DNA of 64,000 bases from Cirrosporium novae-zelandiae (GCA_026023565.1 JAPETS010000051.1:1-64000), one strand, 5' to 3'; numbered from the stretch's first letter, positions 50,816 to 64,000 are shown. Program-made: numbers and translations. Notes: generated by a model from the sequence alone, not told the origin.

Positions 50816-53800
50816 ATGGATGGAGCCACCGCATTCTCACGAAGAGATACTTTGCGTGCAACTGCCGCTCGGCGCTCGACCCAGGTTGACAGTGCACTTA
50901 TTGCGGCTATACAGGACCCAGGCTTGGCCAACACAATAAATAAAAGGCGGCGCAAGAGCTTTGTGCCAACCCCTCCTTACCGTCGTACTACACCTTCCAT
51001 TGGGTTACCCTCTAGAACAGAATCTCTTTTACAAACCACTCCAACAATTTCACGCAGAAATGTGTCAAAATGTAGTTTGAAACTTGAGCGCTTTGAAACG
51101 AGAAATGGGACGCCTGCTCCCCCGATCTTAACAGTACCAATAGAAGACGAGTCTGGGCAAGATAATCACAAAGAGGTCGAAGACCTATCTAGTCAGGATA
51201 TTAAGCAACCAGTCCCAGTCCTTCCTGTAACCTCTTCACTTTTAGTTGAAAGCATATCGGCCCCGTTCCTTGAAACACTGAATCAACATGGTCCTATGGA
51301 TAGATGGAGCGGAACAAGCTCGGCGAAACAATCTATCCTCTCCCTACATCGACGATTTAACACACAGTCTCCGTTGAAGAATGGTAAGGGTAAGATCTCT
51401 AGACTTTTGGCTGCTGTAAGTATGATATTTGTTCTAATTTGGAACAGATCATGAACAGTCAACTACAGTAGCTGAAAAACCTATCGCAAATGCTATTTCG
51501 GAGAATGAATATCAGGATTCATTGATTCAAAATGTCCTTCATCGCCTTTCTAGTAGCTTTCTAGGGCATGAGGCTGAGCATTACTCTGATGCGAGATCTC
51601 ATACTCGTCAATTAACCAATTCAACAAATGATTTGCAAGGATCTTCTGAGTCTAGACGTCATAACCACTATGATTGTCAGCTTACGGGAGGTCACCAATT
51701 TAAACAGGAGCCACGTTCCAATGAAACGATGAACCCTCATATGCCTAGCAAAGATAGCTTTGATATGCCAACCACAAACTCTCGCCAGTCTCGCTACGAC
51801 GCATTTGGAAAGGCCATTGGCGATTTGGAGATTTTGCTTAACGAGGCGCTTGGGATAGCTAAGAAGGCAGCCGAAGGCGAGGACATGGGAAATTCCGAAG
51901 AAGTAGAAGAAGCCGCTGACACGGTCCAAAAAGAAATGGCCCATGTTCCCGTTGGCCGTAGAATGTCCACCTTTAGAGACCCAAACATTGCTTATCTTTC
52001 TGCAGAAGATGTGAGAAAAGGGTTATCGGATACTGCTCGAGTAGTTTCACGTGCGATTAGTGGAGATATTCCACCTCCTGGCCGTCCGGTTCCTATTCCA
52101 CCTATTTCTCGGAGAAACAGTGTCATAGACGAGAGAGATCATCAAGTGGCAAGCCCCTCGGTTCCTCTATTCAATCGCTCGCAAGGTGTTCCTGGACAAA
52201 CATTCCACTCGATCGATTGGGCTTCGTGCTCTTACAACCAGGCTAGGAGGCATAGCAAATTTCAACCTGGGTCAAGCCTATATCAAGGTCAGGAGGTTGA
52301 ACTTTCTAGTGGTGCCTTTACTCCTGGCGTCGACAGTCTTACCGGTAGCGAATCCTCTGCTTTCGAAGATGACTCCGGTCATAATCATCTCCTAGATACA
52401 GAAAGAGGAGATGGCCTTAGACGCCGTCGTGGATCTAGATATGGACAGCATCACGATATAAGTGATTGCAGCCATCAAAGTGTCCACGAAAAGCATGGTT
52501 TTACCCTCAGCGGATCACATCGGAGACAGCCAATCGCCAGGGACTGGAGCAGTGGGAGAAAGTGTTTTGTAGCAACAATTGCCTGTATCAACACTTCTCT
52601 TATAGGACTGATTGTTGGCATTTACGCCGGCGAAGTTCCTGCTATTCAATACGTTTTAGCGGACCAACAACATCGGGTGATTCTGGGGAACGTTGTGTTT
52701 TACATTGGCTTAGCTATCTCGACGCTATTTTTCTGGCCATTGCCTCTTCTCCATGGCCGCAAGCCATATATTTTAGGGGCTTTGTCTTTGTTATTAGTTC
52801 TGCAAATTCCCCAAGCTTTAGCTATTCAAGCATATCGGGCACCACTAGCATTGTACCGCTTGGAAATTTTACTACCCAGAGGTCTTGCTGGTTTCGTTGC
52901 AGGATTCGCCAATGTCAATTTCCAGGCAACATTGCTTGACCTTTTTGGAGCCTCACTCCAAAGTGCGAATCCTCATCAAGAAACTGTCAATGAATATGAT
53001 GTTCGACGCCACGGGGGAGGCATGGGTATTTGGTTAGGCATTTGGTCTGCATGCTCTCTTGGGTCTCTCGGGCTCGGCTTTCTCGTTGGAGCAGTTATCA
53101 TTAGTAGCCTTCAGGTAGCATGGGGTTTTTGGATTGCTACGATAACAATTGTCCTAGTCATGCTTTTGAACGTCATCACCCCAGAGGTCCGTCGGTCACC
53201 TTACCGTCGTTCGATTGCGGAAGTTTTCTCGGGTGTCCATGTTACAAGAAGGATAGCACGTGGGGAAATTAAGATGCATTTGAAAGCTACTGGTCCCAAG
53301 TATTGGTGGGAGGAAGTTAATGCAGGCGTACTGATGTGTCTGAAGATGGTGAAACAACCTGGGTTTTTTGTACTTTCCTTGTATGTTGGCTTCATCTATG
53401 CTCATATTGTCATAGTCATTGTGGTATGTGTCCTATCGAATCGTATCTAACATTTTCTTCAATTAGCGCCTGTGCTCGACCATGATGGTTGGCAAACATT
53501 CTGGATGATTCTTCCGCTAATTTCATTCTTCTACTTAAAGTTACTCGGTTCCCTCCTTTCTAGACATTACCGCTTCCACCCACAACATGTTGGCCTTTGT
53601 GTGTTTGCGATTACGATTGGCACGATATTGGCAATACCATTTCAAAAAGCATCTCTATTCAGTCGCGCACGACATCGTCCACAAAGGACTGATAGCAGGA
53701 CATTTGAGAAAAGAATAACCCGAAGCTCGCATCTAGTCCGGCGAACAATCTTCACCATAATTCTTCCATTTGCAGGTCTAGCTTATACATTGACTTCTGG

Positions 53801-54374
53801 CGGGCCTCCGATGCACTACATGTTGCCAACTGCCTTCGCATGTTTAATCGGGTTTCTATCCGCTTTAGCTATTGCTGAATGCAATGGTTTGATCATGGAA
53901 ACGTTTGATACTTCTGACCTTCAGCCGGGAATGACAGGGATGCCACGACGAGCATCAACCGGGGTTTTGCGTATGAGAACAAATTATTCATGTTTTCCTC
54001 GTGTTAGTGCAGGCTTCGCAATTGCCCAGAGCTTTGGATACCTGCTAGCAGCAGCGGCTACTGGCGGTGGAGGGGTAGTCACGCGTAAATTATCAGCCAT
54101 GGTAGCCACCGGGGCTTTTGGCGCACTTCTACTTTTGATGACAACCCTGTTGACTGGAGTTCTTTGGCGGTGGAAAGTAATACCGATGATACCACCGCCA
54201 AGGTTCGGCTCTGATATCCGCAAGTCTACTGCCAGTGGGTGGGTACCAGTTGTCATCGGGAATCCCAGTGGAAGGACACGGAGAATGAATATTCTGGAGT
54301 TGGGTAGGCAGAGTCGATGGACAGAGATTAGAAAAAGAAATCGGTTAACAAGGCTTTCTCTACCTCAAGGCTAG
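50816..54374 (+). CDS. MFS-fold membrane protein with a long disordered N-terminus, 3 exons
   Basis: ORFs 50816, 51522 and 53472 are joined by introns at about 51384-51447 and 53424-53540. PIARDWSSGRK precedes TM1, WPLPLLHGRKPY is MFS motif A-like, and there are about 12 hydrophobic segments. Confidence 0.82.
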
Positions 54375-55200
54375 TTAGTGGATGGAACCTAACGAACCTT
54401 CTTCTATCCTTAATTATTGTTACAGCGAATCCATCGACCTATTAAGTTCTCATTCCTCATATTAAATTGTCAAGATAGACAGATGAAATCAGACATTAAT
54501 GAAGGTTCGCCGTTTAAACCGATCATCTAAGGTTTCCAGCGTGTAAAACATGATTCCTTAAAAGGAATAACCGTCTAGCTTGATTTGTTAGGGGGCTTCT
54601 TGACGTTGTGGTGATGTCGAGTTGATGTCGAGTTAAAGTTCCAAAATTGGTCTGATTCGGCGAAAATACGGTTAGTGTCTCCGCCCCTGTACATAATCAG
54701 TACGTCACGACTCACCATGTTCTGAGCCAACCTTTGATGGGGATGAGAATGCAGCCAATAAAAGACAACTTCTGTATTGCGCTTTGAAAATCCGACGACT
54801 CATATTCAAGCAATTTATAAACTGTTTTGCAACATGGAGGATGCCCCCCCTCATCCTCGACGCCCCGTGTTTCTAGCTGCGGCGCATAATGTAATATTGA
54901 AAACATGTACTTTATACACAGCAGATATTTCATCATTTCATCCATGCTTGCTTTTCTTGGATTTCATACCACGTCATGCTAACCCCACAAATAACCAATC
55001 ATTAGGAGGAGAGCAGCCACAGAACTCTTCCTGAGTAGCTATTTATTCTCAAGCTGCTCTTGAGTTTACGACCAGAACCCATTTTCTCTTCCCCTTTTCT
55101 TTAGTATACTCCTTTCAAATTGGATCTCCCAACGAAAAATTTACAGCAGGCCTTAGCCTCTATCACCAATAAAGGCCCCGCCACACAGCAACCCGAGAGC

Positions 55201-57551
55201 ATGGCATCGACCCTCAAGGAAGGCCTTGCGGCCGTCACGTCACACTCAAACCCTAAACAATCGGACATGGAGAAAGACACTTTCAATGCTGAGGATAAAC
55301 ATGCTCACCTTACTACTGACTTCGGTGTAAAGGTTGCTGATACAGACAACTGGCTCAGCGCTTCAACTGAAGATCACCATGGACCTTCACTGCTAGAGGA
55401 TTTTCATGCTCGTGATAAAGTTAGTGCGAGGAGACTAGAGCCTTTATAGAAGTATTCTAGTAGCTGATAGGTCATGAACTCTAGGTCATGCATTTCGACC
55501 ATGAGCGTATTCCAGAACGTGTCGTCCATGCCCGTGGAGCTGGTGCTTTCGGAACATTCAAACTCTTCGAGAGTGCTGAGGATGTTACTGAGGCTAAGGT
55601 GTTGACTGATACATCTCGAACTACACCTATGTTTGTGCGATTCTCTACCGTATTGGGTAGTCGAGGTAGCGCCGACACTGTCCGTGATGTTCGGGGCTTT
55701 GCCCTCAAATTCTACACTCAAGAAGGCAATTGGGATATTGTTGGTAATAACATTCCTGTCTTCTTCATTCAGGATGCGATCAAATTCCCTGACGTTAGTG
55801 AGTTAATGTTTTATCTACACATGTATTATAACCGCCGCTAATTATTTTTCTTAGTACACGCTGGAAAGCCCGAACCGCAGCTTGAAGTACCACAGGCACA
55901 GACAGCTCATAATAACTTCTGGGATTTTCAGTTCATGCATCCCGAGACAACACATATGTTCATGTGGACACAATCGGACCGTGCCATTCCTCGTTCATTT
56001 CGGATGATGCAAGGATTTGGCGTGAACACCTACACACTTCAGAATGCAAAGGGTAAACAACACTTGGTCAAGTTCCACTGGACTCCATATCTAGGTGTTC
56101 ATTCTTTTGTATGGGATGAAGCCTTGAAAATCAGTGGCCAGGATCCCGATTTCCATCGGAAAGATCTCGCTGAAGCAATTGATTCCGGCGCATATCCGAA
56201 GTGGAAATTTGGTATCCAAACTATCAAGATGGAGGATATGGACAAATTTGAATTTGATCCATTGGACGCCACTAAAGTTTGGCCAGAGGAACTCATCCCT
56301 ATCCGATATATCGGAGAGATCGAGCTTAACCGCAACCCAGACGAGTATTTCACCCAGGTTGAGCAAGCAGCATTTTGCACCAACCACGTCGTTAAAGGCA
56401 TTGGGTTTTCTGACGACCCCCTTCTCCAGGGTCGCAATTTCTCTTACTTTGATACCCAAATTTCGAGATTGGGAGTCAACTGGCAGGAACTTCCCGTTAA
56501 CAGGCCTGTGTGTCCAGTCATGAACTTCCAACGGGATGGCCAGCTTCGCCATAAGATTGCGAAAGGCAATGTCAATTACTGGCCTAACCGTTTCTCCGCC
56601 CTCCCCCCCGCAAAACCGGAGGAAGGTGGATATCTCGAATTTCCAGCCAAGGTTGAGGGCATGAAAGTTCGCCTGAAGTCGAAGAAATTCAGGGACTTCT
56701 TCTCTCAGGCTCAACTGTTCTGGAACTCCATGTCTCCAATTGAAAAGGCTCACATCATTGCAGCATTAAGTTTCGAGCTGGATCATTGCGATGACCCTAT
56801 CGTTTACGAACGTCTAGTTGAAAGACTCTGTGATATTGACCTTGAGTTAGCAAAAATTGTCGCTATCGCAGTCGGAGCAAAGACCCCTTCCAAGCAAACG
56901 ACACCGAATAAAGGCCAGAAGTCGCCCGGCCTCAGCCAAACGTACTATGCATCCAAAAAGATCGATTTCATCAAACCGACAATTGCCACCCGACGCATTG
57001 CCATCCTGATAGGAAACGGGTATGACCCCGTTGCTTTCAATGGTATGATAGGTGTCTTCAAAGCTGCTCAAGCCATACCCTATATAATCGGACCTAGCCG
57101 TCAACCGATCTATGCCGACGGCGAAAGCAAGGACGGCTCAGGTGTCTGTCCCGATCATCACTTTGAAGGGATGCGTTCCACCCTCTTCGATTCTATCTTC
57201 ATCCCTGGTGGCCCCCACATCCAAACCCTTAAGACGAAGGGTCGCGTGGTTCACTGGATCCGTGAAGCTTTTGGTCACCTCAAAGCTATCGGTGCCACTG
57301 GCGATGCTATCGATCTCGTTAAGATTGCGGTCGCGATAGATGGCATGAAATTTGCTTCTGCGACCAGTAGGGATGTTGTGAACGCGTATGGCGTTGTGAC
57401 GTGTGGGGCGATGAAACCGGAGAGTTTTAAGGAAACAGTTCAATTGGTCAAAGGCGCCAAGAATTTTGTAGACGCTTATACGTATGAGATTTCTCAGCAT
57501 AGGAACTTCCAGAGAGAGTTGGATGGGCTGTCTGCTATGGTAGCCTATTAG
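55201..57551 (+). CDS. catA: Large-subunit monofunctional catalase (catalase A type), 3 exons
   Basis: [40 protein letters not shown] and the heme-ligand motif [12 protein letters not shown], plus a C-terminal DJ-1-like domain. No signal peptide. Confidence 0.95.
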
Positions 57552-57793
57552 GTCTCTTTTGAAAGAAGTGGCTAAAATGATGAACTGACTAACACTAGTA
57601 AGTTGGGGTGAATTTGTAAAATATTTTTGGTGGAGGATTTGATGGGCTTTGTATAATTAATAATGTATGCGAAATGACTTGAAAAGACCAAAACGAATCT
57701 CATTTACATCTTTCATTAAGTGTACTTGCACCTTAATCATCCTATCATTAGAAACAAAGTTCCCGTGCTGTATATAATAATAAGCAAAAAAAA

Positions 57794-58774
57794 TCAAGAA
57801 TCCTCTTCATACTTCACATCTTTCCCATTAACATCAGGATAAACATCGAACCGCCTCTGCGTCCCAACTGGAATCCCCTTCCTTACCTCCTCGATATTCC
57901 CTCCTTCCAACTCTGTATACACAATCTCCTCAGTCTCCCCAGCCTCCACCAGCACCTTCGCACTCGCATCAACCACCATACTATGCCCCCATGCATTATA
58001 TGACGCTTCCATATCCCTCGCCGGACTACATAGCGCCACATAGACCTGATTATCCACGGCCCTTGCCCTTGCCAACAATTCCCAATGCAATGGCCCCGTC
58101 GTCATATTAAAGGCTCCAGGATACAATAACATGAACGCACCCTGCCGCGCAGCAATCATCCCGAGCTCTGGGAACCGCACATCGTAGCAGATACCCAGCC
58201 CGATTTTCCCATACTCGGGTAGATCCACAATGGTCACCTTGTTGCCAGGGGATAGGACGTCGCTTTCCCGGAATGTGATTTTTCCCGGTATGTCAATGTC
58301 GAATAGGTGTACCTTCCTATGCGTGTCTATCAGCGCTCCCGTAGGCGAGAATATCAGAGACGTATTGTAGTATTTTTTCGTGCGCGGATCGTATTCTGGG
58401 ATCGAACCGCCGACTAGGTATGCCTGTGAGTCTTTTGCGAGAGTGCACAGGGCGTGGTAGGTTGGGGATTGCGTGGGCGTAGGTGGCGTGGGCAGCAGCT
58501 GCTCAGCATATTTGGGGAAGTATGATGTCCCATAGGGGGAGTTGAAACATTCGGGCAGGACGATCAGGCGGGCGCCTGCGGTGGAGGCTTCGAGGACTTT
58601 GTGGCGCGTGTGGGTTAGGTTCGCGGCTTTGTCGGCGCCTTGTGAGATTCGAGGGTAGGTTAATGTCAGCTAGTTGGTGGTGTTTTTGGAGAGGGTATGA
58701 TTATTTATATTATACTAACCGGAGGCTAATTGGATGAGGGCCAGTTTGAGGGGTTTTTTGAGGAGGGTTGCCAT
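57794..58774 (-). CDS. NIT3: Carbon-nitrogen hydrolase, omega-amidase Nit3/Nit2-like, 2 exons
   Basis: MATLLKKPLKLALIQLASG, intron, ADKAANL. The Glu-Lys-Cys triad lies in LPECFNSPYG, HRKVHLFDIDIPG and GICYDVRFPE. Confidence 0.9.
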
Positions 58775-59772
58775 TTTGTGGAGAGCATTGGTTGGTCTGG
58801 ATTGGATTGGATTGAATATATATAAGTTTGTGGTAGTGGATGAAATAGTCAATTGAGAATTATACGTACATGACGGCCTATTTTTTTTAAAAAAAAAAAA
58901 TCAATTTCGTTGGAGGTTCTTTGGAACTGACATGGTTGAGATAGTTGATAGTCGAGTTGATAAGGATACGGAGAAACCCCGCGATACTGACTGATGACGC
59001 TGTTGGCCGTTGGTGGGCTGGCGATATCGGACTTTTGGCTAATTACTCGGTAAAGTACTAATTACGGTAATTACGGTTAATTAGATGTTTGGACTGGGAG
59101 TGCAAAATTACGAATAATTAATTACAGGGTCCAAGGGTTAATTCCTTAATTTATCTCCAACATCCTACCGATAATTAATGAACCTCTAAACATATCTACA
59201 TAACGAAGACAAGGTTCGTGAAAACTAATTTCTAAAGGCATCTAGAATTGATATGCAAGCCTGAGAAATTCCAACTTGACTTTAGGTTTGTATTGATTAC
59301 CACTGATCCTCAGGCGGTTTGTTGCTTCTTGTCTATGACCCAGAATTGCCCATACCTCTTCTTTCACCTCTACTTCTTTGGCTTCCTAACTGAATAACAG
59401 AGCAACAGCTATAACGTCAGCTATCACACAGGGTCATGCTTTCATTCCAATAGCGCGCAAAAAACTCGAATTGCATTGATTAAACTTGTTGATTAATTAG
59501 AAAAGAAGCTTCCTATCTATCCGAAGGGGTTGACGAGGCAATTGTGTCAACCAACTACCTCAAAAGCAATAATGACCGTATTTCCTGGCTCGCGTAATAC
59601 AAAAGAACAATCAACAATCCATCCCCATTTCACAATATCATTTTCTTATCTTCCGTTCTCTGTCTACGAATAACGCATTTTCGTCATCTTCCTATAACCC
59701 CTAACACTATCTCTTGGACCCCCTCGACTTTTATTACCCCCATATTCACACACTAATCTAGAATTAATAGAT

Positions 59773-60606
59773 TTAATATGAGTTACTTCTAGTCTTCTCG
59801 AGCTCGCTGCCATCTGGAAGGCTGTTTGGGAATATATCGATAATCTTTTCTCCTCCGACAGGCTCGGATCCAATCGCTCGGGCTAGGCAGATTGAGTCGA
59901 TGATGACCTGAGCACAAAAGGTAGCTCCCGGTAACCAGAAGGTCAATACACCGTTCCAGGCCAAAGGTCCCGTTTTGACGCAGTGGATTGCTGTCGCTGG
60001 AGCGAAGAGGATGGGGACGATGATGTTCAGGAGGGCGATAGGTTTCGGGAACAGAGGCTTGAGCCGCTGGTCAATTAGCACCGCATACGCAAAAGCGAAG
60101 TTTTGCGCCATGAAAGTTGGCCACGGCATCAGGGCCGTGATCCAGAAGAGGTCGTTGAAGGCTTGCGTAATCTCGACCGGGCGGTCGAGCCGGTAGGCAG
60201 TGGTACCGAGTATCATTGCGGGTACCATGAAGGCGAAGATGCCGGCGGCACCAGAAGCCAACTGCAGAATGCTGACTGCGTAATGAAGATTCGGTACGCG
60301 TCGCATTTGCGCTGAAATCGCTGCCGTCAGGGGAAGATAGAACATGCCAGACAAAAGCATCAGCGCAGACCCTGTCTTGATGCCCGCATCATGAGTCTTG
60401 TAATGGTGGACTGTTTGTTCTGCTGTCCAATATGGCTTGATGGGAGGAATAAAGCCAGCGGCGACAAAGGTGAACAGGAACAACAATGAACAAATGACGC
60501 CGCACCAGGCGCACACATATTGGAAGTTTCGGGGCGATAGTATGTGAGCTCGGCCGGCCCTGCTCAGAGCAGCTTCACCCGAACTATAAAGGGAAGAAAG
60601 ACCCAT
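59773..60606 (-). CDS. Intronless multi-pass integral membrane protein of unknown function
   Basis: 277 aa with 6-7 hydrophobic helices and motifs AGFIPP, SAQMRR, AYRLDR...NDLFW and KTGPLAWNG...FWLP. Confidence 0.82.
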   Translation of the reverse strand: MGLSSLYSSGEAALSRAGRAHILSPRNFQYVCAWCGVICSLLFLFTFVAAGFIPPIKPYWTAEQTVHHYKTHDAGIKTGSALMLLSGMFYLPLTAAISAQMRRVPNLHYAVSILQLASGAAGIFAFMVPAMILGTTAYRLDRPVEITQAFNDLFWITALMPWPTFMAQNFAFAYAVLIDQRLKPLFPKPIALLNIIVPILFAPATAIHCVKTGPLAWNGVLTFWLPGATFCAQVIIDSICLARAIGSEPVGGEKIIDIFPNSLPDGSELEKTRSNSY

Positions 60607-61738
60607 TATGCAGAAATCCTGGTGATGTTTTTTGGTGTCTGGTTGTAAGTGCAGTGTGCAGTTAAAAGCTACCTCTGAGAGGCATCCATTGTCCCTTATA
60701 TACCTGCTACATTACATTAACGTATGCAGGGGCAATGCTGCTGCCTGCCTATAACATGACCATTTTGTTATTTCTGGAATTTTATATCTTCGGTGTGCGG
60801 AATCAATAAACAGTCCGAAGCTCCGAGCGCGATTTATTGTATGTCACTAAAACCAGCTGTGGATGGCTTCGGAGTGAAGGGAGTAAGAAGTGTTATGACC
60901 ACTAGTCTGGAGAAAATGACGACCTCGTGGAGATCAGCAATGAAATCCTGGATCTCGGAATGTAACCTACACGAAACTAGGATATTACTTCCACATAAAC
61001 TGTCTTCGTGGCTTTGGTTATAAAACTTGCTTAAGGTGTGACGGGTGCTGGCAGTAGACGGAGCAGAGAAACCCTCCGTGATGTCTAATTTTTAACACAT
61101 ATTAATTTTTCCATATATCGACCATGCGCATCATTTCATGTCTTTCCAGGCGCTTCAATTCTCAACCTCGCCCTAACCGGTTATCAGGCTTATCGGTATG
61201 CCATTAACAACCCAGATCTTCCTCTCAGATACCCATATCGCGGCAAATGTTTTCACTCTGCTTAGTAGTGTTCTTCAATATATCGAGACCGAGGTATATA
61301 GTGATAAAAATTATGTTCTGACACTCGCAGCTTGGGCAATACGGTTTGATATATATATTAAAGACTAATAAAAGTAGGTTGTGGAGTTGCAGATTCTTAT
61401 TCGCCGTCCTATTCCTCCTAAGCCCTAAGCAAGACGACTGTAAGCATCCTATTTATGATTTAGTTAATTAGCGGATTACGCGAGTTTCACGGAAGAGGAC
61501 CTTTCTTTGAGGATGACCTTATAGGTTGCAGATCATCTATGGCGGGAGTAAGGGCTTCTGATCCGGGTTACACTCGAATTTGGCTCTTGTCAACAGCCGG
61601 ACTGGACATGATATTTATATATATCAGACAACTTTATAAAGCCCGTCTTGTCCAATGCCAGCGAAGTATTACTAGTGAATTATTCACTCCTATAAGGACA
61701 AATATTGCAAAAACTCGGTTGTTTTCTCGTTGCTCATT

Positions 61739-62700
61739 ATGACGCCCAACATTTAACTTTGGTGGTCTCGCTAGGTATTTAAACGTACAGTTGCGGATGT
61801 AAGTCCATTCTCAAGGAATTACGCTGTAGGACACTCTTCCTCCCTAAGTTCCTTACTTTAATACTGGCATCTCATAGCAAACCGGTCTCATCTTCAACCT
61901 CACCGATCCCCAACTTACCCCCGTAAACTCCTTCTAGACTGTCTACTTCCTCACTGGCACCAATAACCACATCGACTTCGTCATTGGCGGCGCCCAATTC
62001 ACCTCTATGTCTATATGTCTAGGCATCGCGCCCTCGACAACCTACCGCGTTTTCCTCACCGACATAACCGCAAAACCCTTTGACCGCACTGCAAATACCA
62101 CATCCGGAGTTTCTCAAGCCCCCGTCGACTCCTTCGACATTAGCCTCGGTGAATTCCGGACTCATTCTATAGCCGAAGAGCTGCTCCCGAGCATAACATC
62201 TATCAGCACCCTCCCCGACGCCTCCTTCAATCTAACCTCCGTCCCCAAGGGCCTCAATCTTTACGGCGGCGGTAGCGGCACCTTCTTCTAGGGCATGAAC
62301 ACAATCCTCAAATGGGGTGCCCTAGAATTCCATGTTAGCGGGACTGTCGCCGTTAACGAAACTGCTATTGGCGTCGCCTCAGGCACTGGCAAAATATTAT
62401 TGAGAGAAGTCCTCCTTTGTGGTACATCGACATGGCAGCTGCGGTAATAGGTCATATTTGTAAGACTTGACACGAGCGGGTTCCTCTTGTGGGCGTTTCT
62501 AGAGATGGGATAGATCTCGTGGCGGCCGTCGGGATACACGATGGTCGTGAAGGCCCGACGCGGGTAGTTGCCTACGGCGTAGCTGTCCCATACACACATC
62601 TTGAACCCGTTTTCGAGTACCATGATCCATAAATTCTAGCCTACAGTGTCGAAACTAGGACCGTGTTGCCGGTGTTCTAGGACATTGATTTTTGGGGGTC
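61739..62700 (+). pseudogene. Kievitone hydratase / CrtC-AttH-like secreted protein pseudogene with an internally inverted 3' part
   Basis: The + frame (NSF*TVYFLTG...YRVFLTDIT...FNLTSVPKGLNLYGGGSGTFF*G...WG...VSGTVAVNETAIGV) runs to 62375. Its continuation (DPQKSMS*N-RQHG...G*NLWIMVLENG...FTTIVYPDG) lies on the - strand from 62700 to 62376. Confidence 0.72.
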
Positions 62701-63476
62701 CTCGCAAAAAGACCTCTTCAGTAGCAATATATTCAATATATTATATTTCTGCTTACATACTATACACCAGCTCTCCTCTCACATGTAGCCTACACCCCAA
62801 AACTGCGGTGGCAGTCTTACAAAATTGAACGAATAATTATCTCTGTTGAATTTTCCCTTTAATACTCTTGCTTATTTCGACCTTGTTAGTGTTTTGTTTC
62901 CACCTGATTGTTTCTTCATTTCTCATCCTTGGAATGAGAAGCTTTTGAGCTCTGTTCTGAGAATTAGGGCTGAGCCGTTGTTGTTGAGCATAAGGGTATA
63001 ATGATATTCCGGGTTATCGTGCCAAGAGATCCTTTTGATAGAAGGAACAAAAGAGGTGCAAAACATGCAAACAGGAAACAAAGCTAAAATATTTTGTAGG
63101 CAGGCGAGGCACTGCCCAGGCTGGAACCAAGAAAATGACGCCACAGTACATAAATGTTGGTAAACTGTATATGAGGAACAAATGTAGCATCAATTATTGG
63201 TTCTACCCTTGTGATGTTTGACTTCCTACAAAGAATTTTGGCATTTCCTGATGCACTTAGGCAACAAGCTTCTCTAAAGTATAGCCATGACAGAGAACCT
63301 AGATTGCCTGACTATATGTTATATACAGAGCTTTCCTCATCCTGAAAGCTCTTCGTCTTGTTACATTTCGTGGATTGAAACCTAGCTATTGGCTTTAGTT
63401 TTATTGTTGATATTTTTATCACTACGACAAGGTCCATTTACTTAATTTTCTAGATTACCCTTTGGACTAGGTAGAT

Positions 63477-64000
63477 ATGACTTCAGATACCACCGTCTAT
63501 CATCAAGAGTTTCTAGTACGAGATCTTAAAACCCGATCCGTAACAATCGGACCGGGATGGGCTACGGTCATTCGCGAGATCGAAGATGTTCAGATCAAAG
63601 TAAGTAGCTCCCTTGATATCCCCAACTGAATACTAATTGAGAGTTTCTAGCCTGGGCCAAATGAAATTACCATATATGGACTTGACCCTTCCGTTGATTC
63701 TGACTCCATTAAAGTGGAAGGTCATGGCGCGGCAGCTACAATTACAGATATGACCGTCGCCATGATACCAAATAAAGAGCGATTCTATGACACGTACTCC
63801 CCCATGAACGACTCCAATGACGATAGTGATGAAGAAATTGACGAAGAAAGTTCCGAGAGCGACTATGGCATTGATACCACAAACTTGGAGGCAGCCGAAG
63901 CTAAACTCCGAGATATAAAGTTTAAGATCGCAGAGGCAAACAACAAGCAATCCATGGCCCTTACTTCTCTCGAGTTTCTTGACCATTACGGCAAAACAAT
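63477..64000 (+). CDS. DUF4140/DUF4139 (mucoidy-inhibitor-like) protein, 5' part, runs off the window
   Basis: MTSDTTVYHQEFLVRDLKTRSVTIGPGWATVIREIEDVQIK, intron 63600-63650, then PGPNEITIYGLDPSVDSDSIKVEGHG...TITD, followed by an acidic stretch and coiled coil. Confidence 0.8.

Noticed and set aside
56091..57500. Long antisense ORFs over catalase, and similar ones over ELL and the amidase
   Set aside because: Shadow ORFs caused by codon bias of the sense gene.

Overview
Filamentous ascomycete (Pezizomycotina) genomic DNA with GT-AG introns and microsatellite-rich intergenic regions. I can support about 20 intact protein genes: MARVEL-like membrane protein, amidase, FYVE-RING E3 ligase, GFA/CENP-V protein, aromatic acid decarboxylase, two Zn2Cys6 factors, 3-oxoacid CoA-transferase, AhpD-like protein, Clr5-domain protein, LaeA-like methyltransferase, zinc-finger protein, ELL, MFS-like protein, large-subunit catalase, Nit3-like amidase, an intronless membrane protein, a partial DUF4140/DUF4139 gene and two uncharacterised proteins. 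Two pseudogenes carry RIP-like stop codons. The most striking unexplained element is an ORF-free region of about 1.6-1.9 kb just beyond the ELL 3' end (about 43150-45000). On the + strand it folds into a nested arm of about 1.1 kb that begins right after TAACCCTA and is followed by a pseudoknot-like U-rich/A-rich pair and a possible closing helix. This is the architecture expected of a filamentous-fungal telomerase RNA, although I could not find CR4/5 or a 3'-end signal. Other highlights are a pseudogene whose 3' part is inverted in place with an in-frame breakpoint, a head-to-head accessory gene pair with one dead partner, and a possible aromatic-catabolism neighbourhood. All family assignments come from motif recognition by eye; no searches were run.
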